A stretch of DNA of 63,359 bases, filler included, from Licmophora abbreviata (taxonomy: Eukaryota): assembly GCA_900291995.1 (NCBI GenBank). It is 12 parts of 12 records of this genome, joined end to end, with 100 filler letters (N's around TTAATTAATTAA, not from the genome) between each part and the next. Parts side by side here need not be neighbours in the genome. Positions count along the whole stretch, not along the records: positions 1 to 12,308 come from OLMU01000639.1; positions 12,409 to 14,307 come from OLMU01000641.1; positions 14,408 to 20,722 come from OLMU01000642.1; positions 20,823 to 25,028 come from OLMU01000643.1; 8 more parts are not named here. One strand, 5' to 3'. Under the pieces are notes generated by a model. That model searched no databases and was not told the DNA's origin. It saw only the letters and a list, made by a program, of their open reading frames with translations. Numbering within the stretch: position 1 is the stretch's first letter; each line of letters begins with the position of its first letter. Shown here piece by piece: positions 11,587 through 21,896 of the stretch. Position numbers and translations under genes: made by a program.

Positions 11587-11883
11587 AAATACATCATGAT
11601 TCGCATGAGCTAGAGAGAGAGAGACCGTCAACTCACATAGTGCATAGGGCCATGTTGCTCAGGTGTTACATTGTTCTAAACGAGGTTTCCGTTCAATATG
11701 CCTTACTCACGAAAAGCATTCATGCCATCAAAGCTACTGGAGGACATGCGCTACGCTGATGTTGTTAGCTGCTGTTAGCTAAGTGCATTACTGTCTGTTT
11801 CCTATTGCACATCTCATGCATTGATCGTCAATTCGAAAGTCAACTCATACTACTGGTCGACCGACCATCTAGCCACTACGCTC

Positions 11884-12308
11884 TCAGACACTGACACCGG
11901 CCTTGTTTTCAACGACATACTTGCAGTTCTCCGACACCTTGTCCCAGTTGACAACATTCCACCAGTTACTCACATACTCCGGCCGACGGTTCTGATACTT
12001 GAGGTAGTAGGCATGTTCCCACACATCAAGGCCCATGATGGGAAACATGATGTCGTCCGTCACACCCTTCATCAAAGGATTGTCCTGGTTGGGAGTACCG
12101 ACCAACTCCAGCTTGTCGCCTGCCTTGTTGACACAGATCCACACCCATCCACTGCCAAAGACGGCACCGGGCGCCGCACGCGCTTCAAACTGCGCCTTCA
12201 TCTCATCCATGCTTCCGAAACTCGCGTTGATGAGTTCTTCGAGCTGAGCGGAAGGTTTGGTGTTCTTGGCCTCGTCCGGGGGAGCCATTTCCTCCCAGAA
12301 GAAGGCGT
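11884..12308 (-). CDS. SOD2: Mn/Fe superoxide dismutase, probably MnSOD (5' part lost in gap)
   Basis: 'FGSGWVW', 'NQDNP', 'DVWEHAYYLKYQNRRPEY'. Confidence 0.92.
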
Positions 12309-12408
12309 NNNNNNNNNNNNNNNNNNNNNNNNNNNNNNNNNNNNNNNNNNNNTTAATTAATTAANNNNNNNNNNNNNNNNNNNNNNNNNNNNNNNNNNNN
12401 NNNNNNNN
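12309..12408. other. Artificial 100-nt contig linker N44-TTAATTAATTAA-N44 (first of 11)
   Basis: Same structure at 14308-14407, 20723-20822, 25029-25128, 27414-27513, 29021-29120, 32392-32491, 37632-37731, 41149-41248, 58148-58247 and 60535-60634. It carries stop codons in all six frames. Confidence 0.98.
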
Positions 12409-14307
12409 CGCACACTGCCAGTTCTTCTTTTCCGCTTGGTGTGCCATCATCCTCACATAATGCAATCCAGAAGGATGAAGAATCGATCCTCGCAAAACTA
12501 TCCGTCCCTGTCACCGGCGTTTCGTTGGAGCCCCTGTCGGGATCGGAAGTCGTCAAGAGAACTCACGAAAAGACGCAACACGTCGTGTCACGTTTCTTGC
12601 CGTGTGTGGCGTTTCTAGTGCAGTGCCAACAAGACTTGCGCGCTGGATTGGAATTCACAGCGGCAGCTAGATCGTCGTATGGATACTCGAGAGGAAGAGG
12701 AGGGCATTCCATGACTGCACGACAATACTACGCAAAGTACCTGCATCCTCTTCCCGACAGGTTCTCTCGTACCAACCTTCGTCTCATGCCCACAGAACAG
12801 CTTACCTTGGCGGTACAAGAAATTCATAAACTTTGTCAGAATGCCAAGCTAGTGGAGTTCCAAGGCTGTGAAGCAATAAAGAGTACGTTTCTGGGTGGTA
12901 TCAAGGATGGTGAATCGTGGGGACTGCGCAAGTGGTTGTCGAAGCATGGCGGAGCATTGCATATTTGTAACGACTTGGAGTGTATACTACGCGCGTGTCA
13001 AGAGCTCGATCGGAATGACAGCATGACGAAGACTCTCTGTGCGAAACTACGACCAATGGCTCAGTATGGACTGGATCGGCTGAGAAAGGGGGTACCAGAT
13101 TCATACCAGGAAGTCAGCACTGCACATCCGTATTTACCATTTTTCCATCGACTCGAGTCGGCCCTGAAAAACTTAGCTACATTTGACCCCGAAGACGACG
13201 ACGTGATCTGCATTGATGATGAAGATGAAATAGAAGAAGCAAAGGCTTCCGCGAAGCGAAAGCATGCAGCTGTCACAGTAGATGAAAACGGCGGACAGAA
13301 CGTAAAGACGCGTCGTGTGGACAAGGGCAACGTAGGCGCATCGGCTGGTCGCGGCGTCGACAATGAGATCGAGGTATGGGAAGCAAAACCTGCGGCCATG
13401 CCGAGTCCACCACCTCAGAACACGGATGAGTGGCGCTGTCCTCAGTGCCAAATGCTCAACCCAGCGGACAACGCTACCATGTGCATACTCTGTCGTTGTC
13501 CTCATCCGGAAGCCACGGCAGACCTGCCTCCCGGAGATTCTGCTGAGTCGGCACCCGCTTCCAACGAAGGAGAGGACGACGACAGCTTCCGCCAAGTGCT
13601 GGAAGGCATCGCAAATCTGGACGATGAGGACTGGCCTGATATATCACGACATACATGTGAACAGCTAGCGGCAGTTGACAACACGATTCAAGGACAAGGC
13701 AGGAGGATGTCGGCCAATGATATGGCCGATCATCTGGAACATCTAGCGTACGTATTTGAGTCAAACCTGGGTGCGAAGGTTCGACCGTCATCACTGGTGT
13801 ACGAGTCATTCTGGGATCGACTTTTTGCCAACGTACTTCGCATATTTGTCTCCTTGCTCCGACAGCGAAACACAGGACGCTTCGTGGAACCCATAGACGA
13901 GGAGGAGCAATCACGAAATGGCAAGCTCAGGTACTCGAAAGTTATTCAACATCCTCTATGCTTCCGCACTATCGCTGAGGCACTTCTCGGCAGCTCAGAA
14001 AAGCGGTCGACTGACCCACACGTACCATATGGCAGTGGTTTGTTGAACGACAGTTTCCTTTACGAATTGTGGAACATGTGGCACGGGCAACACTTGGTAG
14101 AGGCTATTGACCTTGTGTTTCTGAACTCCCTCGCATATCATAGCAAAGAAAAGACACAGCAGCGCTCTCAGACAAATCAGTTACGGCGCGAACTCTGGGA
14201 TGGCGTGGACAACATCATGTCTCGCGCAACCGTTGTCGATGGAGACGAGGCCTTGCGGATGTATCCGACAAGGCGCGGGGAAACAAGCAGCATAGTTTCG
14301 GTGAAAA
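12409..14307 (+). CDS. RanBP2-type zinc finger + bromodomain-like protein (partial at both ends)
   Basis: 'WRCPQCQMLNPADNATMCILC'; 'RFVEPIDE...RYSKVIQHPLCFRTI...IDLVFLNSLAYH'; SIM-like 'DDDVICIDDEDE'. Confidence 0.7.
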
Positions 14308-14475
14308 NNNNNNNNNNNNNNNNNNNNNNNNNNNNNNNNNNNNNNNNNNNNTTAATTAATTAANNNNNNNNNNNNNNNNNNNNNNNNNNNNNNNNNNNNN
14401 NNNNNNNCATCAGCGTTGAGCTTTTGTGTTTATCATATCATTTTCCCTTCGCTTGCTTTACATCGGAGATTCAAA

Positions 14476-15018
14476 ATGATGCGTCGTTGCTCTGCGTTCC
14501 TTGCTCTTCTAGTGGCCTGCCTGTCGGGCTCTGCGTCTGCGTCGGTCTTTCTTCCCTACAACATGAAGAAGTCGAGCCTCGTTTCCACGCAGATGAAGTA
14601 CCGAAAGGACATTTCCCATAAGACGAGACAGTTCCACCAGACCACGGCCATGGCCATTCCTGGCAACGGTGTGGCGGAGCAGGTCTTCGTCGGGGGCTTT
14701 GGAAACTTCTTGTCCATCTACAACCTCGTAATTACGGGCCGTATCCTTCTCAGCTGGTTTCCTCAAGCTCAGGGCATCGGAGCGCTTCAACCCGTTTACG
14801 CCATTACGGATCCTTTCCTCAACTTGTTTCGAGGAGTGATTCCTCCCATCTTTGGTCTTGACTTGTCTCCTCTTGCAGCCTTCTTCTTGTTGAACGTTGT
14901 GACGAACGCGACGGCGGCTGTGGGATGTGAAATCCCGGCTCACTTGAAGCAACAGCCGCACATGAGGAGGTCGCGCTTCAGCCGTGCGGCGACTCGTGGA
15001 GCGTGCATGCTCAAGTGA
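14476..15018 (+). CDS. YGGT/YlmG family plastid membrane protein
   Basis: Signal peptide, then 'FLSIYNLVITGRILLSWFP...ITDPFLNLFRGVIPPIFGLDLSPLAAF'. Confidence 0.9.
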   Translation: MMRRCSAFLALLVACLSGSASASVFLPYNMKKSSLVSTQMKYRKDISHKTRQFHQTTAMAIPGNGVAEQVFVGGFGNFLSIYNLVITGRILLSWFPQAQGIGALQPVYAITDPFLNLFRGVIPPIFGLDLSPLAAFFLLNVVTNATAAVGCEIPAHLKQQPHMRRSRFSRAATRGACMLK

Positions 15019-15237
15019 AAGGAGTAGGCTATGGGGCGGTAATCCTCAATGAGAAAAGGAGCAGGAAATTGCAGTCAATTGCATGGAGAGTTGTGAGCGA
15101 TACACTGCATACACTTATTGCTAGACGTAATCGGAAATATAGCTATGTCGCAAAAACTATAGCATTACGACTCTCAAGGCTCGTCTAAAGTATATAACGC
15201 TTCTTGATAGATTCCAATCACTAAATACCCCATGTTA

Positions 15238-16154
15238 TTATGCCGTCTTCCTTTTCTTTGGCTTGGAGTAGGAAGCGACATAAAACTGTGCAAAGAGGAA
15301 GAACAGAGACAGAATGTAGATCACATACGCCCAACTCGCGCGAAGGCTGATGGATTTGCAACTTGTAGCGACGAGGTAGGTACCCTGGCTCATCATGGTC
15401 ACAAACTGAATCATCTGCATCATGGTCAACGAAGACTTCCACCAGATAGGAAGTGACTTGCCAGTCTCGGGGACCTTGGTGTGCATACAGATAAAGTAGT
15501 ACGTGTACATGACGGTATGGATGAACCCGTTGAGGAGAATAGTGAGATAGATATCACCATCGTAGTTGACATTCGCGTTGAGCCAGTAAAAGAGAAAGAT
15601 CGTAAGGTGATGGTACACATGAAGGAACGAGAGCTGCCTCCACTTCTTGCCAATCACAATGAAGAACGTGTCCCAAAAGTCCCACACCTTGGACACGTAA
15701 AACAGCCAGAGCAAGTTTCCAATGGGCGGGTTCTCCTTGTCGTATCCAACGCAAGGGAGGACAGTGTAATTGTTGCGGTATGCCAAAAGCAGAGCCTCGA
15801 TCGTCATGTATGCACACAGCATGATTTGGGAAACGTTGTAGACAAACTTGATCGGGTATGGGTCGATAGGGCTAACACCGGCCTTCATGATTGCAGATCC
15901 GATGACCACAAACAAGAAGTAGGCGAGGGCAATATTGAACGCCGTTGGAAAGTCCGTCAATGGCCATCCCTATTCATGAGAAACGCCAGAATGCAGCCGG
16001 TCAGCACGTGGGCATTGCTAAGCTAAAACTACATGGTTTCAAACACAGTTCCATAGTTCCATACCTCCATATGCCCTCGGAAGTTGCCTTCAGGGTCGGT
16101 CCATTGAAGAATGGACTCTCCCACAGACTCAAGCGTCTCGAAATAGTCGTCCAT
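15238..16154 (-). CDS. ELO: Fatty acid elongase, Delta6-type ELO (exons 16154-16065, 15969-15238)
   Basis: 'SKVWDFWDT', histidine box 'SFLHVYHH', 'NGFIHTVMYTYY', C-terminal KKRKTA. Intron 15970-16064. Confidence 0.93.
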
Positions 16155-16630
16155 GGTATGAAAGGCTCTGCAACAAACAAATAGGAGAGTCTTCGTTTCG
16201 ATCGTCGTCGACACCTCTCGTCGTCTTGTCTCCTTGAGAAAGATATCCCGCGGTCGATTTGGTGTCGTGATGTGATGACTGACGTACGCGTCCGTCTGTC
16301 TGCAGGTCGCGAGGTCATTCTCGATGGCCGTCCGCATAGAGTTCGTCTGTCCGACGATGGATATGGAAGAGCTAACAGACAATAGACGGATTGAGTGATT
16401 GGGACTCGAAAAAGTGATAGACAAAAGAGCTACAATACGATCCGTTTTCCATGTAAGAAATCTAGCTGACATTTTATGTTTCCTGCTGAAAAGATTGAAG
16501 CCTATCGTATGTCATAATGGCCGCGCAGTGGTACGTATCAAACTGAGTGATGATTTGTGATTTGGGGAGGAAGGACTGTATTCGATTTGATGCTCCTGCT
16601 CCGGAGGTAGTCGTCGAGTCGCACACTGAC

Positions 16631-18607
16631 TTAGAAATGAGACTGAGAGGATACACTGTTGCGTTCCTGTTTATCGACATATTTCTGAAGTTTCACCAAA
16701 CCAACCAACAGAACTAGACCCTGAGTCAAGCCGAGAATGCCCATGGGCCCGTCGATGGCCGCGTCGCTCTCAATGTCGTCTTCGTCCTCGTCCAAGGTGT
16801 CTGTCATGTATCGAAAGACCATGAACGCAACAGCAGCACAGGCGACACGCATGGCATTTGCATTGTGCTGGGCGCGTTGATGACGGCGACGCGTCTTGCT
16901 GCGACGGCGCATACGTCGCTTGGCTACGCCGGCCTCGAAGGTGACGTTTTCGCTGTACAAGCCAGTGGTCGAGCCATCGGAGAGGTACGTCAGACTGTTG
17001 TTTGAGCTGTAACCAGCGGCAGTGTGGAAGTCAGAGGCACGCGTAAGAGCAGCAGAGTAATGACCAGTCGAGTGGTAGCCGGTGGCGACGCTTTCTTCCG
17101 TCGAGCCAACACGTCTCAAGGGGGATCGGACGTCGTCTTCCTCCTCCATGATGACGCTACTAGTGCTTCGTCCGCTTCGAGTGGACGCTTGATCTCCGTC
17201 TGGAATTCCTGCGTTGGCGGCGGCAGCAACTTGAATGGCATGTTCCATCGCCCGATGAACCTCCTCTCCAAGAGACAGATCGTCCTCCGAATTCTCTTCC
17301 TTTACAGTTTCCACGACGGAGATGGTCTCATGGAGGCGAGAGCCGCCGCGGCTACGACGCCGAGAGGAACGAAGCCGATCGGCCTTGCTACGACGGGCCG
17401 CGAGAGGGTCAGAACGCTTCAGAAGCTTGACGATGCGCGAATTGGCAAGGATGGGAGCTGCGAGCGTCGAGACGTGACTGCCCGAGTATCCCGCGGGAAC
17501 GGCAACCAAGATTTCGCCTCGCGTAATGCGTGCGCAGCTACTTTTGCAACTGGAGCCGCTGGCCATGACGGAGGTATCCAAAAAGGCGACCCCATCCTTG
17601 GGACGGCAGAGTCCAAGATACTGCTGCGAGCCCAAGGCCGGCTCGGTCGAGTTGTCGGGGATCATTTCGAGAATGCAACCAATCGTCGCCGAGCTCGGCG
17701 AGTAGATGAGCTGGATAAGTTCAAATATCTTGGCGGCAGGATTAAGCAACAAGACAAAAATCTTGAAGCTGGCATCCCTGTCGCGAAGGCCCTCTGTCAC
17801 GGGTACGCGCTCCAACGGCTTACGAAGGTGTTTCTTGCTGGCGCGTCTCATCGACGAAGGCATCCCTCGTCTGCCCTTGGTGAGACTGTACCGAATATCT
17901 TCATTAGGAGTAGACAGCGCCTGATTGTTGAGGAGGTAGTGGCCTTCGGCGGTCTGCTTGTGGACCAAGCGTTCGACCGAGTCGTCTTCACTGACGTGCG
18001 ACGCGCTGTCCGACAGGAGCAGCTGGTCAGCATGGGGAGAATGGATCGATTGACTGCCACTGCTCCAAGGAGACTTGGTGCCTCTGCTATCGTCTTCCTC
18101 AATCTCAATTAGGTGGGGCGGCGGGGAGGCTCCTTTCTTGTCTAGATACAGATTCAGAGGAGACAGCGGAATGTCGCCGTCCGGCAAGATATAGGCAGTT
18201 CTTTCGATGCCAATTCGATGGGACGTGGAACTCTGCTTCGACTGGTCGTCATCCGATCGATACGAAGGTCGCTGGATACCGAGACGGCTTCTCGTGGAGC
18301 GCAAGGACACAGAATCGGCGTCGCTCTCCGAGGACGAGATCGCTCCGCCCTTGTTGGTCCATCGAGCAAAGATCCCAAGAGGCGAGACGATCTTGGGCGT
18401 CCGAGCCATGGTTCCTGGCGTCGATTGCCCGTACTTCAACGCCGAAGCTGGAATGCTGTCATCCTTCGTTACAATGGAAGAGACTGGCGTCGAAGGAGCG
18501 CGACTCTTCGTTTTCTTCATGGTCGACATTACAGAACCCAAGAGAGGTGCGCTGGTTTCATGTGAGATCTGATGTGTGTGTGTGTGCTTCGGACGCGAGG
18601 CCATCAT
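16631..18607 (-). CDS. Hypothetical protein with central globular domain and two C-terminal TM segments
   Basis: Long ORF with Ser-rich N-terminus, ordered-looking block 'FKIFVLLLNPAAKIFELIQLIY...GEILVAVP' and two terminal hydrophobic helices. Start uncertain (18607 or 18529). Confidence 0.7.
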   Translation of the reverse strand: MMASRPKHTHTHQISHETSAPLLGSVMSTMKKTKSRAPSTPVSSIVTKDDSIPASALKYGQSTPGTMARTPKIVSPLGIFARWTNKGGAISSSESDADSVSLRSTRSRLGIQRPSYRSDDDQSKQSSTSHRIGIERTAYILPDGDIPLSPLNLYLDKKGASPPPHLIEIEEDDSRGTKSPWSSGSQSIHSPHADQLLLSDSASHVSEDDSVERLVHKQTAEGHYLLNNQALSTPNEDIRYSLTKGRRGMPSSMRRASKKHLRKPLERVPVTEGLRDRDASFKIFVLLLNPAAKIFELIQLIYSPSSATIGCILEMIPDNSTEPALGSQQYLGLCRPKDGVAFLDTSVMASGSSCKSSCARITRGEILVAVPAGYSGSHVSTLAAPILANSRIVKLLKRSDPLAARRSKADRLRSSRRRSRGGSRLHETISVVETVKEENSEDDLSLGEEVHRAMEHAIQVAAAANAGIPDGDQASTRSGRSTSSVIMEEEDDVRSPLRRVGSTEESVATGYHSTGHYSAALTRASDFHTAAGYSSNNSLTYLSDGSTTGLYSENVTFEAGVAKRRMRRRSKTRRRHQRAQHNANAMRVACAAVAFMVFRYMTDTLDEDEDDIESDAAIDGPMGILGLTQGLVLLVGLVKLQKYVDKQERNSVSSQSHF

Positions 18608-19330
18608 CTCTATTTGAATTCTGGGAAAATAGAAACTCCACGGTCGTAGCTTTCTACGCAATCCTGGTATTTTGCAGAGCAATGATATTTTAGTTCACGT
18701 TTGGTATTTAGACGTTGACTTGAAAAAAACTATATACACTCACGAGGTACACATTATCCATTCAAATCTGTCGAATCTGTATCCCACGTCATCGTCATTC
18801 TTCACATGCATCCTTGCTACTCGGAGTACATAAGAACGCCAGACAGCGAATAGGGTCATGCTACAGTACCATGAAACTTGCTCGAGACTAGCAAATGTAG
18901 CTAGCAATGAGACCGGTATACCCTAGCTAGCCTAAGCAAGGTTCCTTAGCGCGAAGTAGTTTTCGTAGGTACTTTGAGAATGGAATCTATGGTAGGGTTT
19001 AGATGTGCCTCGAGGCTCATTGGACTCTCCAATTCTAGAACCACCAGCTACTCTAGGAGCTCGTTGGATTTGATTGCGGTTGCTGTTTGTCGTAACACGG
19101 TACAGAAGAAAGATCCGTACATATCGTATCACTGGAATACCACAACTACATCATCCAATTGGGTTCGTTTGGAGCGGGGTGCCGGGGCACGGGGTCGGTT
19201 GCATCCGGCCGTGCGTGACTGAGGTATGATTACTACATCATGTAACTTACAGGCTTGGTTCTCCCTCACGCTTGTACGTCATTTTAGCACCCTTACACCA
19301 AATCCCAGCATTTCAATAGAAGTAAGATTG

Positions 19331-19816
19331 CTAGGCTGTTACACGATCGCCAAACCCAATCATAGAGTCTAGATAGGACTCTCCCGATTGGGTCATTTGT
19401 CCTGCATCCATCATGGCTTGCATTTTAGGTCGGTAGTCCAAAAAAGGTTTACTGAAGCGATGTGTTTTCAGAAAAGCATTTTCTTTGTCCTTGTATCGTT
19501 CGAGAACCAACACTCTCAGTGGATCTTTGTCCGATTCCAAGACTTCGTAGGCGACCGTATCGAGTTCGTGTTCTTTGATGTATTTTGCGAGAGGGGCAAA
19601 GTACTCCAAGAATTGCTTCTTGTACTTAGCTTCTTTGAATGTCAACGCAACCAATAAAGAGAAGCGCGGTTGCAGTTGGCTTTCGAGCAACAAAGGAGCT
19701 GGGACCAATGGACTGTTAGACAGTATCATGCCAATAAGAATACCGAGACTAATCAGGACAAGGCTGTTGAGATATTTATGGCGAGGGACGGAAACCTCGC
19801 GACGCATTCCCGACAT
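19331..19816 (-). CDS. ABM (dimeric alpha-beta barrel, YgiN-like) domain protein with N-terminal TM
   Basis: 'FAPLAKYIKEHELDTVAYEV...DPLRVLVLERYKDKENAFLKTH'. Confidence 0.75.
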   Translation of the reverse strand: MSGMRREVSVPRHKYLNSLVLISLGILIGMILSNSPLVPAPLLLESQLQPRFSLLVALTFKEAKYKKQFLEYFAPLAKYIKEHELDTVAYEVLESDKDPLRVLVLERYKDKENAFLKTHRFSKPFLDYRPKMQAMMDAGQMTQSGESYLDSMIGFGDRVTA

Positions 19817-20364
19817 TTGTCCAAGATAGAGGAGCAAACTGTAGAGAATAGAGCAATCGAATGGCAAAGGCAGGAGCGGTCAGCGGCGTTATGCTTTGTG
19901 CTGGTCGCATCTGTCGTCGTCGCGCCATTCACGAGGCAGTCACGCGGGACTCGACTGAACCGGTTCTACTGCCCTCAATGAGATCAACTGAACTCATCAT
20001 ATCGTGTAACGTAGCTGCTTATGCAACGCTCTTTATCTCACTATCGGCCTGCAAATGTGCTCCAATACACCTGGGCGAAGGAAACGCTAAGCCGAATTGT
20101 GAGCCGAAGGCTGGGTGCAGATGAATCATGAGATATCAGACAGTTACGAGAGAGATCGTCTCTACGAAGGCGTTACAACGTATTTGACGAGGAAGGATCA
20201 TACTTATGCATGCGCCATATTGAAACAATATTTTGAATTGACAGAATGGAATCTAAATCTATCGTCTTTAAACTAAAACGAACTGTACATGCGCAGAGTC
20301 GTACGGAAGAAGCGAGAACAAATCATGCCCTCCATCCCGATGCGACGTGATTTGATGTCTCCTC

Positions 20365-21537
20365 TTACCGAAAGTACCCGAGCCCAACTTGCTTGCGCAT
20401 TTGTTCATAAAGAGTACTGTATGTCAACATGACGGGTGTCAGGCGCAGAAAGAAGATTGGCCAGCCTCTCCAAAAGCCAGACATGCCTCCCCGTTGGTGA
20501 ATGTCGCGGACACATCCCCAAACCGACGAGTGACTCGACGACGAGGACATGTACTTGGCCATGACCAGGTCCGGTGGGGCAGACAGAAGAGAAGCAAAGA
20601 AACTAGCGGAAACACTAGAGCAAACATGAAGAGCCACACCATCCTCGTGGCCACGGTGTCGTGCCAATGTCTTGAGGCCGTCGTAGCCTGAGAGGTGAGC
20701 CAACGAAACAAATGGTACACAGNNNNNNNNNNNNNNNNNNNNNNNNNNNNNNNNNNNNNNNNNNNNTTAATTAATTAANNNNNNNNNNNNNNNNNNNNNN
20801 NNNNNNNNNNNNNNNNNNNNNNCTTGGAAAAAACGGTTACTCATCGTCCTTCACGTACCAACCATTTGTCCTGCTGTAAAGCACGCTCCTCTTAAACTCA
20901 GCGGGAGCGTTCCCTTGTAGAGACTGGCGATACCTCCTTCTCGGACTATTCGTTTGACACCACTATAAAACTCCGTGACAAAGGGTTCCTGACCGACCCG
21001 TGATCCCGTCAAGTATCGATTGGTGAGTGGATCTAGTCTGCCGTGTTCCGCCTGAATTCGTGTCTTCAACAAGTGAAAGGGTGTCGACACGGCATAGCCT
21101 ACAGTACCACAGACAAGGCCCGCCGCTACCATGTGCCAATACTTCTTTGATTGCACTGTAGAAGTATCATCATGCGAAACAATGAAGTCACGTACACTCT
21201 CATAGTAACCAAATCGTATCGCTGCCGAGATACACATTCCTGCCGCGTTCGCACCGACGCCCGGTTTCCAGAGTCCCCCGACGAGGCCTTCTGTCCGCAC
21301 AATCTGCTGGTAGAACTGATAGATCGTTTCATTCGGCGTGTGCGGCATCACCTGCCACCGTACTCGGAGACTGTCGAGTGGGTTGTATAGGGCACTGCTG
21401 AAGGCGGCGGCTGACCCAGCCACGAGAAAGTGCTTGATTTGAGGAGACATCGTAGGTGACGCCAAGCGTGTCTCGACGTGACACTCATGAAGCGGGTCTC
21501 CAATCAGGACGAAGTCGTAGGACGAAGACGATGGCAT
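20365..21537 (-). CDS. Mitochondrial carrier family protein (interrupted by linker 20723-20822)
   Basis: Three Px[D/E]xx[K/R]xR-type repeats: 'NPLDSLRVRWQ', 'TPFHLLKTRIQ', 'APPDLVMAKYM'; also 'GFWRGW'. Confidence 0.85.
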
Positions 21538-21896
21538 GATGAATAACAGACTGGCTTAGGATCACAACGAGGCACGTTCGCTCAACAGCACTTGTGGCGA
21601 GTCGTTCTATGGAATTGACGCACCGGTACTGTTCCGTTGTGTCAACATGGGAAGACAGTCTCGTCGCTCTTGAGAAAGATGAGCTGGCACAGAATTTCGA
21701 CTCATCGAATTCCCAGAGTTCCTATCATACGGCCTAAGTGCTTATGTCACATTCTATGTCGCAGTGACAATTTATATATGGTATACATGATCGTATATAC
21801 TTATAAAAAAGAATCCGCGCGATCTAATTTTCGCGCGTAAGGCATTGCGTGCGGTCATTTTTGTGAGCGGCGGCGCCGTCCTCTCCAGCCACGACC

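Noticed and set aside
12309..12408. Repeated TTAATTAATTAA flanked by Ns (11 copies)
   Set aside because: Identical 100-nt assembly linker with six-frame stops, not biological. ORFs ending in 'XXXLIN' are artefacts of it.
17024..18112. 362-aa plus-strand ORF
   Set aside because: Antisense shadow of the 16631-18607 gene with no recognisable motifs. The same applies to 2892-3548, 43466-44164 and most short ORFs in the track.
18880..19330. TAGCTAG-rich intergenic stretch, possible MITE remnant
   Set aside because: No terminal inverted repeats or target-site duplication found. Similar TAGC-rich tracts occur at several 3' ends in the window.
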